From a virus (lineage: Duplodnaviria > Heunggongvirae > Uroviricota > Caudoviricetes): a stretch of DNA of 4,551 bases. How positions within the stretch are numbered: position 1 is the first letter of the stretch; each line of letters begins with the position of its first letter. The DNA lies in IMG/VR virus record IMGVR_UViG_2706794684_000014; one strand, written 5' to 3'. The notes below the pieces were generated by a model that saw only the letters and a program-made list of their open reading frames with translations, ran no database searches and was not told the origin of the DNA. Shown in pieces: positions 1 to 4,551 of this stretch. The translations under genes and the position numbers were made by a program.

Positions 1-1
1 G

Positions 2-610
2 GTCGGTGGAGAACGTTATTTTTTCTGTAATGAGCAGAACGAAAAAGGTGAGCCGGTCACCTGGCAGGGGCGACAGTATCAGCCGTATCCCATTCAGGGG
101 AGTGGTTTTGAACTGAATGGCAAAGGCACCAGTACGCGCCCCACGCTGATGGTTTCTAACCTGTACGGTATGGTCACCGGGATGGCGGAAGATCTACAGA
201 GTCTGGTCGGCGGAACGGTGGTCCGGCGTAAGGTTTACGCCCGTTTTCTGGATGCGGTGAACTTCGTCAACGGAAACAGTGACGCCGATCCGGAGCAGGA
301 GGTGATCAGCCGCTGGCGCATTGAGCAGTGCAGCGAACTGAGCGCGGTGAGTGCCTCTTTTGTACTGTCCACGCCGACGGAAACAGATGGCGCTGTTTTT
401 CCGGGACGTATCATGCTGGCCAACACCTGCACCTGGACCTATCGCGGCGATGAGTGCGGTTATCACGGTCCGGCGGTCGCGGATGAATATGACCAGCCAA
501 CGTCCGACATCACGAAGGATAAATGCAGCAAATGCCTGAGTGGCTGTAAGTTTCCGCATAACGTCGGCAACTTTGGCGGCTTCCTTTCCATTAACAAACT
601 TTCGCAGTAA
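2..610 (+). CDS. L: Tail tip assembly protein L (lambda gpL-like), 5'-partial; the gene begins upstream of the window
   Basis: The frame is open from base 2 with no stop until TAA at 608-610, so the listed ORF 149..610 is only the part after an internal Met. The translation (GGERYFFCNEQNEKGEPVTWQGRQYQPYPIQGSGFELNGKG...FGGFLSINKLSQ) matches my recollection of lambda gpL almost residue for residue. A C-terminal cysteine cluster is present (Cys codons at 428, 455, 524, 533, 545). Identification is by recall, not search. Confidence 0.93.
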   Translation, partial: VGGERYFFCNEQNEKGEPVTWQGRQYQPYPIQGSGFELNGKGTSTRPTLMVSNLYGMVTGMAEDLQSLVGGTVVRRKVYARFLDAVNFVNGNSDADPEQEVISRWRIEQCSELSAVSASFVLSTPTETDGAVFPGRIMLANTCTWTYRGDECGYHGPAVADEYDQPTSDITKDKCSKCLSGCKFPHNVGNFGGFLSINKLSQ

Positions 611-615
611 ATCCC

Positions 616-1278
616 ATGACAGAGACAGAATCAGCGATTCTGGCGCACGCCCGGCGATGTGCTCCAGCGGAGTCGTGCGGCTTCGTGGTAAGAACGCCGG
701 AGGGGGAAAGATATTTCCCCTGCGTGAATATCTCCGGTGAGCCGGAGGCGTATTTCCGTATGTCGCCGGAAGACTGGCTGCAGGCAGAGATGCAGGGTGA
801 TTTGCCGTGGTGGCTGGTCTGCCGGGGGGCGATTCACAAGTTCCGCTGTGTGCCACATCTTACCGGGCGGCGCTTTGAGCACGGGGTGACGGACTGTTAC
901 ACGCTGTTCCGGGATGCTTACCATCTGGCGGGGATTGAGATGCCGGATTTTCATCGTGAGGATGACTGGTGGCGTCACGGTCAGAATCTCTATCTGGATA
1001 ATCTGGAGGCCACAGGGCTGTATCAGGTGCCGTTGTCAGCGGCGCAGCCGGGCGATGTGCTGCTGTGCTGCTTTGGTTCATCGGTGCCGAATCATGCCGC
1101 CATTTACTGTGGTGACGGCGAGCTGCTGCACCATATTCCTGAACAACTGAGCAAACGAGAGAGGTACACCGACAAATGGCAGCGACGCACACACTCCCTC
1201 TGGCGTCACCGGGCATGGCACGCATCTGCCTTTACGGGGATTTGCAACGATTTGGCCGCCGCATCGACCTTCGTGTGA
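616..1278 (+). CDS. K: Tail tip assembly protein K (lambda gpK-like); NlpC/P60 peptidase domain intact, N-terminal JAB/MPN-like domain apparently truncated
   Basis: A 220-aa ORF starts 5 nt after the L stop. An in-frame internal ATG at 760 (MSPEDWLQ...) corresponds to the classically annotated lambda K start. The NlpC/P60 signature is present: Cys in GVTDCYTLF (codon 895-897), His in VPNHAAIY (1093-1095) and HH in ELLHHIPE. There is no obvious Shine-Dalgarno before 616, so translational coupling to L is possible. The 3' end overlaps I by 103 nt in another frame, as in lambda. Confidence 0.88.
   Translation: MTETESAILAHARRCAPAESCGFVVRTPEGERYFPCVNISGEPEAYFRMSPEDWLQAEMQGDLPWWLVCRGAIHKFRCVPHLTGRRFEHGVTDCYTLFRDAYHLAGIEMPDFHREDDWWRHGQNLYLDNLEATGLYQVPLSAAQPGDVLLCCFGSSVPNHAAIYCGDGELLHHIPEQLSKRERYTDKWQRRTHSLWRHRAWHASAFTGICNDLAAASTFV
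1158..1164 (+). promoter_or_regulatory. Putative ribosome-binding site for I
   Basis: Purine-rich AGAGAGG lies 11 nt upstream of the I start codon at 1176, inside the K coding region. Confidence 0.45.
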
Positions 1279-1847
1279 AAACGGGTGCCGAAGCCATCCG
1301 GGCGATGGCCACACAGCTCCCTGCGTTTCGTCAGAAGCTGAGCGACGGCTGGTATCAGGTGCGTATTGCCGGGCAGGATGTTAGCACGTCCGGATTAACG
1401 GCACAGTTACATGAGGCTCTGCCTGACGGCGCTGTGATTCATATTGTTCCCAGAGTCGCCGGGGCCAAGTCAGGTGGTGTATTCCAGATTGTCCTGGGAG
1501 CAGCCGCCATTGCCGGATCATTCTTTACCGCCGGAGCCACCCTTGCAGCATGGGGGGCTGCCATTGGTGCCGGTGGTATGACCGGCATTCTGTTTTCTCT
1601 CGGTGCCAGTATGGTGCTCGGCGGTGTGGCTCAGATGCTGGCACCGAAAGCCAGAACTCCCCGCACACAGACAACGGATAACGGTAAGCAGAACACCTAT
1701 TTCTCCTCACTGGATAACATGGTTGCCCAGGGCAATGTTATGCCTGTTCTGTATGGTGAAATGCGCGTGGGGTCACGTGTGGTATCTCAGGAGATCAGCA
1801 CGGCAGACGAAGGGGACGGTGGTCAGGTTGTGGTGATTGGTCGCTGA
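1176..1847 (+). CDS. I: Tail tip assembly protein I (lambda gpI-like)
   Basis: A 223-aa ORF, the same length as lambda gpI, with a sequence (MAATHTLPLASPGMARICLYGDLQRFGRRIDLRVKTGAEAIR...GGQVVVIGR) matching my recollection of gpI. An AGAGAGG Shine-Dalgarno-like motif lies at about 1158-1164, 11 nt upstream of the ATG. The start overlaps the 3' end of K. Confidence 0.92.
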   Translation: MAATHTLPLASPGMARICLYGDLQRFGRRIDLRVKTGAEAIRAMATQLPAFRQKLSDGWYQVRIAGQDVSTSGLTAQLHEALPDGAVIHIVPRVAGAKSGGVFQIVLGAAAIAGSFFTAGATLAAWGAAIGAGGMTGILFSLGASMVLGGVAQMLAPKARTPRTQTTDNGKQNTYFSSLDNMVAQGNVMPVLYGEMRVGSRVVSQEISTADEGDGGQVVVIGR

Positions 1848-1895
1848 TGCAAAATGTTTTATGTGAAATCGCCTCCGGGCGGTTTTATCGTTTAT

Positions 1896-1899
1896 GGAG
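1896..1899 (+). promoter_or_regulatory. Putative ribosome-binding site for J
   Basis: GGAG lies 8 nt upstream of the J ATG at 1908, within the 60-nt I-J spacer. Confidence 0.55.
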
Positions 1900-1907
1900 C
1901 ATGACGA

Positions 1908-3345
1908 ATGGGTAAAGGCAGCAGTAAGGGGCATACCCCGCGCGAAGCGAAGGACAACCTGAAGTCCACGCAGCTGCTGAGTGTGATCGATGCCATCAGC
2001 GAAGGGCCGGTTGAAGGTCCGGTGGATGGATTAAAAAGCGTGCTGCTGAACAGTACGCCGGTGCTGGACAGTGAGGGGAATACCAACATCTCCGGCGTCA
2101 CGGTGGTGTTCCGGGCAGGTGAGCAGGAGCAGTCACCGCCGGAGGGATTTGAATCCTCCGGCTCCGAGACGGTGCTGGGTACGGAAGTGAAATATGACAC
2201 GCCGATCACCCGGACCATCACGTCGGCAAACATTGACCGACTGCGTTTTACCTTCGGTGTACAGGCACTGGTGGAAACCACCTCAAAGGGAGACAGGAAT
2301 CCGTCTGAAGTTCGCCTGCTGGTTCAGATACAGCGTAACGGTGGCTGGGTGACGGAAAAAGACATCACCATTAAGGGCAAAACCACCTCGCAGTATCTGG
2401 CCTCGGTGGTGGTGGATAACCTGCCGCCGCGCCCGTTTAATATCCGGATGCGCAGAATGACGCCGGACAGCACCACAGACCAGCTGCAGAACAAAACGCT
2501 CTGGTCGTCATACACCGAAATCATCGATGTGAAACAGTGCTACCCGAACACGGCACTGGTCGGCGTACAGGTGGATTCGGAGCAGTTCGGCAGCCAGCAG
2601 GTGAGCCGTAATTATCATCTTCGCGGGCGCATTCTGCAGGTGCCGTCGAACTATAATCCGCAGACGCGGCAATACAGCGGTATCTGGGACGGAACGTTAA
2701 AACCGGCATACAGCAACAACATGGCCTGGTGTCTGTGGGATATGCTGACCCATCCGCGCTATGGCATGGGGAAACGTCTTGGTGCGGCAGATGTGGATAA
2801 ATGGGCGCTGTATGTCATCGGCCAGTACTGTGACCAGTCGGTGCCGGACGGCTTTGGCAGCACGGAGCCGCGCATCACCTGTAATGCCTGGCTGACCACA
2901 CAGCGCAAGGCGTGGGATGTGCTCAGTGATTTCTGCTCGGCGATGCGCTGTATGCCGGTATGGAACGGGCAGACGCTGACGTTCGTGCAGGACCGACAGT
3001 CGGATAAGGTGTGGGCCTATAACCGCAGTAATGTGGTGATGCCGGATGATGGCGCGCCGTTCCGCTACAGTTTCAGCGCCCTGAAAGACCGCCATAATGC
3101 CGTTGAGGTGAACTGGATTGACCCGGATAACGGCTGGGAGACGGCGACAGAGCTTGTGGAGGATACGCAGGCCATTGTCCGTTACGGTCGTAACGTCACG
3201 AAGATGGATGCCTTTGGCTGTACCAGCCGGGGGCAGGCACACCGCGCCGGGCTGTGGCTGATTAAAACGGAACTGCTGGAGACGCAGACCGTGGATTTCA
3301 GCGTGGGTGCTGAAGGGCTTCGTCATGTACCGGGCGATGTCATTG
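1908..3345 (+). CDS. J: Tail tip host-specificity protein J (lambda gpJ-like), N-terminal segment, interrupted by the N gap at 3346
   Basis: A long ORF with strong coding character starts MGKGSSKGHTPREAKDNLKSTQLLSVIDAISEGPVEGPVDGLKSVLLNSTPVLD..., which matches my recollection of the lambda gpJ N-terminus. The I-J spacing of 60 nt is the same as in lambda. The track's apparent stop at 3608 is an artefact of reading through the N run. Confidence 0.9.
3259..3345 (+). repeat. Direct repeat, copy 1: 87 nt immediately 5' of the gap, about 92% identical to 3602..3688
   Basis: By direct comparison, tgattaaaacGgaactgctggaGacgcagaccgtggaTttcagcgtgggTgcTgaagggcttcgTcatgtAccgggcgatgtcattg differs from the post-gap copy at 7 positions. 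All are third-codon-position changes, and both copies encode [29 protein letters not shown]. Confidence 0.9.
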
Positions 3346-3601
3346 NNNNNNNNNNNNNNNNNNNNNNNNNNNNNNNNNNNNNNNNNNNNNNNNNNNNNNN
3401 NNNNNNNNNNNNNNNNNNNNNNNNNNNNNNNNNNNNNNNNNNNNNNNNNNNNNNNNNNNNNNNNNNNNNNNNNNNNNNNNNNNNNNNNNNNNNNNNNNNN
3501 NNNNNNNNNNNNNNNNNNNNNNNNNNNNNNNNNNNNNNNNNNNNNNNNNNNNNNNNNNNNNNNNNNNNNNNNNNNNNNNNNNNNNNNNNNNNNNNNNNNN
3601 N
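3346..3601. other. Run of 256 N: assembly or scaffold gap, not biological sequence
   Basis: Uninterrupted n characters. The flanks overlap each other (see repeat feature), and the gap length shifts the J reading frame from window frame 0 to frame 1. Confidence 0.95.
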
Positions 3602-3688
3602 TGATTAAAACAGAACTGCTGGAAACGCAGACCGTGGACTTCAGCGTGGGCGCAGAAGGGCTTCGCCATGTGCCGGGCGATGTCATTG
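3602..3688 (+). repeat. Direct repeat, copy 2: 87 nt immediately 3' of the gap
   Basis: See copy 1. It encodes the same peptide in the post-gap J frame. Confidence 0.9.
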
Positions 3689-4551
3689 AAATCTGTGATG
3701 ATGACTATGCCGGTATCAGCACCGGCGGGCGCGTGCTGGCGGTAAACAGCCAGACCCGGACGCTGACGCTCGACCGTGAAATCACGCTGCCATCCTCCGG
3801 TACCATGCTGATAAGCCTGGTTGACGGAAGTGGCAATCCGGTCAGCGTGGAGGTTCAGTCCGTCACCGACGGCGTGAAGGTGAAAGTGAGCCGTGTTCCT
3901 GACGGCGTTGCTGAATACAGCGTGTGGGGGCTGAAGCTGCCGACGTTGCGCCAGCGCCTGTTCCGCTGTGTGAGTATCCGTGAGAACGATGACGGCACGT
4001 ATGCCATCACTGCCGTGCAGCATGTACCGGAAAAAGAAGCCATCGTGGATAACGGGGCGCACTTTGACGGCGACCAGAGCGGCACGGTGAATGGTGTCAC
4101 GCCGCCAGCGGTGCAGCACCTGACTGCCGAAGTCACCGCAGACAGCGGGGAATATCAGGTGCTGGCGCGCTGGGACACGCCGAAGGTGGTGAAGGGGGTG
4201 AGCTTTATGCTTCGCCTGACCGTGGCAGCGGATGACGGCAGTGAGCGGCTGGTCAGCACGGCCCGGACGACGGAAACCACATACCGCTTCACGCAACTGG
4301 CGCTGGGACGGTACACGCTGACAGTCCGGGCGGTAAATGCCTGGGGACAGCAGGGCGATCCGGCGTCGGTATCGTTCAGGATTGCCGCACCGGTAGCACC
4401 GTCGCGGATTGAGCTGACGCCGGGCTATTTTCAGATAACTGCCACGCCGCATCTTGCGGTTTATGATCCGACGGTACAGTTTGAGTTCTGGTTCTCGGAA
4501 ACGCGGATTACCGATATCAGGCAGGTTGAAACCACAGCCCGCTACCTTGGC
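3604..4551 (+). CDS. J: Tail tip host-specificity protein J (lambda gpJ-like), continuation after the gap, 3'-partial; runs off the window end
   Basis: The frame (codons from 3604) is open to the window end. The translation [66 protein letters not shown]...[32 protein letters not shown]... matches my recollection of the central region of lambda gpJ, including a fibronectin-III-like stretch. It is missing from the ORF track only because it has no stop in the window and its first in-frame Met lies well inside the segment. Confidence 0.88.
   Translation, partial: MKTELLETQTVDFSVGAEGLRHVPGDVIEICDDDYAGISTGGRVLAVNSQTRTLTLDREITLPSSGTMLISLVDGSGNPVSVEVQSVTDGVKVKVSRVPDGVAEYSVWGLKLPTLRQRLFRCVSIRENDDGTYAITAVQHVPEKEAIVDNGAHFDGDQSGTVNGVTPPAVQHLTAEVTADSGEYQVLARWDTPKVVKGVSFMLRLTVAADDGSERLVSTARTTETTYRFTQLALGRYTLTVRAVNAWGQQGDPASVSFRIAAPVAPSRIELTPGYFQITATPHLAVYDPTVQFEFWFSETRITDIRQVETTARYLG

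Noticed and set aside
194-856. 220-aa minus-strand ORF overlapping L and K
   Set aside because: It is antisense to two well-supported + strand genes that I recognise as lambda L and K. Its product is low-complexity and Pro/Arg/Ala-rich, typical of a GC-rich antisense shadow ORF, and it has no plausible RBS context.
351-1150. Short + strand ORFs in alternate frames (351..539, 540..740, 914..1150, 1603..1836)
   Set aside because: They lie entirely within L, K or I in the wrong frame. Their translations are Arg/Cys-rich low-complexity sequence with no independent support.
1176-1278. Programmed -1 ribosomal frameshift from K into I, by analogy with lambda G/GT
   Set aside because: No X XXY YYZ slippery heptamer is visible in the overlap in the K frame, and I has its own ATG with an upstream Shine-Dalgarno-like motif.
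1870-1890. Possible rho-independent terminator in the I-J spacer (cgcc-tccg-ggcg followed by gttttat)
   Set aside because: The stem is only 4 bp, too weak to call a terminator. In lambda the tail genes are co-transcribed from the late promoter, so a terminator here is not expected.
3346-3601. N run as a masked biological element (insertion sequence, CRISPR array, intron or homing endonuclease inside J)
   Set aside because: The flanks are two copies of the same J segment and collapse to a continuous in-frame J, so the simplest explanation is a scaffold gap of arbitrary length between overlapping contig ends. The hidden sequence cannot be assessed from the window.
2697-3686. 329-aa minus-strand ORF antisense to J
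   Set aside because: About a third of its translation is X from the N run, and the rest is antisense to a strongly supported J coding frame. It is an artefact of the open reverse frame plus the gap.
3340-4452. 370-aa minus-strand ORF antisense to J, running into the N gap
   Set aside because: Same reasoning: it is antisense to the J coding frame, has Arg/His/Ala-rich composition and reads through the Ns.
1-4551. Novel defence or accessory system somewhere in the window
   Set aside because: The window is fully tiled by four conserved lambdoid tail tip genes with only 5-nt and 60-nt intergenic spacers. There is no unassigned coding capacity, no repeat array, and no moron-like insertion.

Overview
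This window is the tail-tip assembly module of a lambda-like (lambdoid) phage or prophage, all on the + strand: the 3' part of L, then K, I, and the first two-thirds of J. Gene order, lengths (I = 223 aa), the 103-nt K/I overlap and the 60-nt I-J spacer match phage lambda as I recall it; no database search was possible. I see no novel defence or accessory system here. Two things deserve a second look. First, the 256-nt N run inside J is flanked by an 87-nt near-identical direct repeat whose 7 mismatches are all synonymous, which points to an assembly/scaffolding artefact joining overlapping contig ends from two homologous J alleles. Second, the K homolog is about 27 codons shorter than lambda-type K and lacks any JAB/MPN zinc-binding motif, while its NlpC/P60 catalytic residues are intact. 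All minus-strand ORFs in the track are antisense shadows of these genes.
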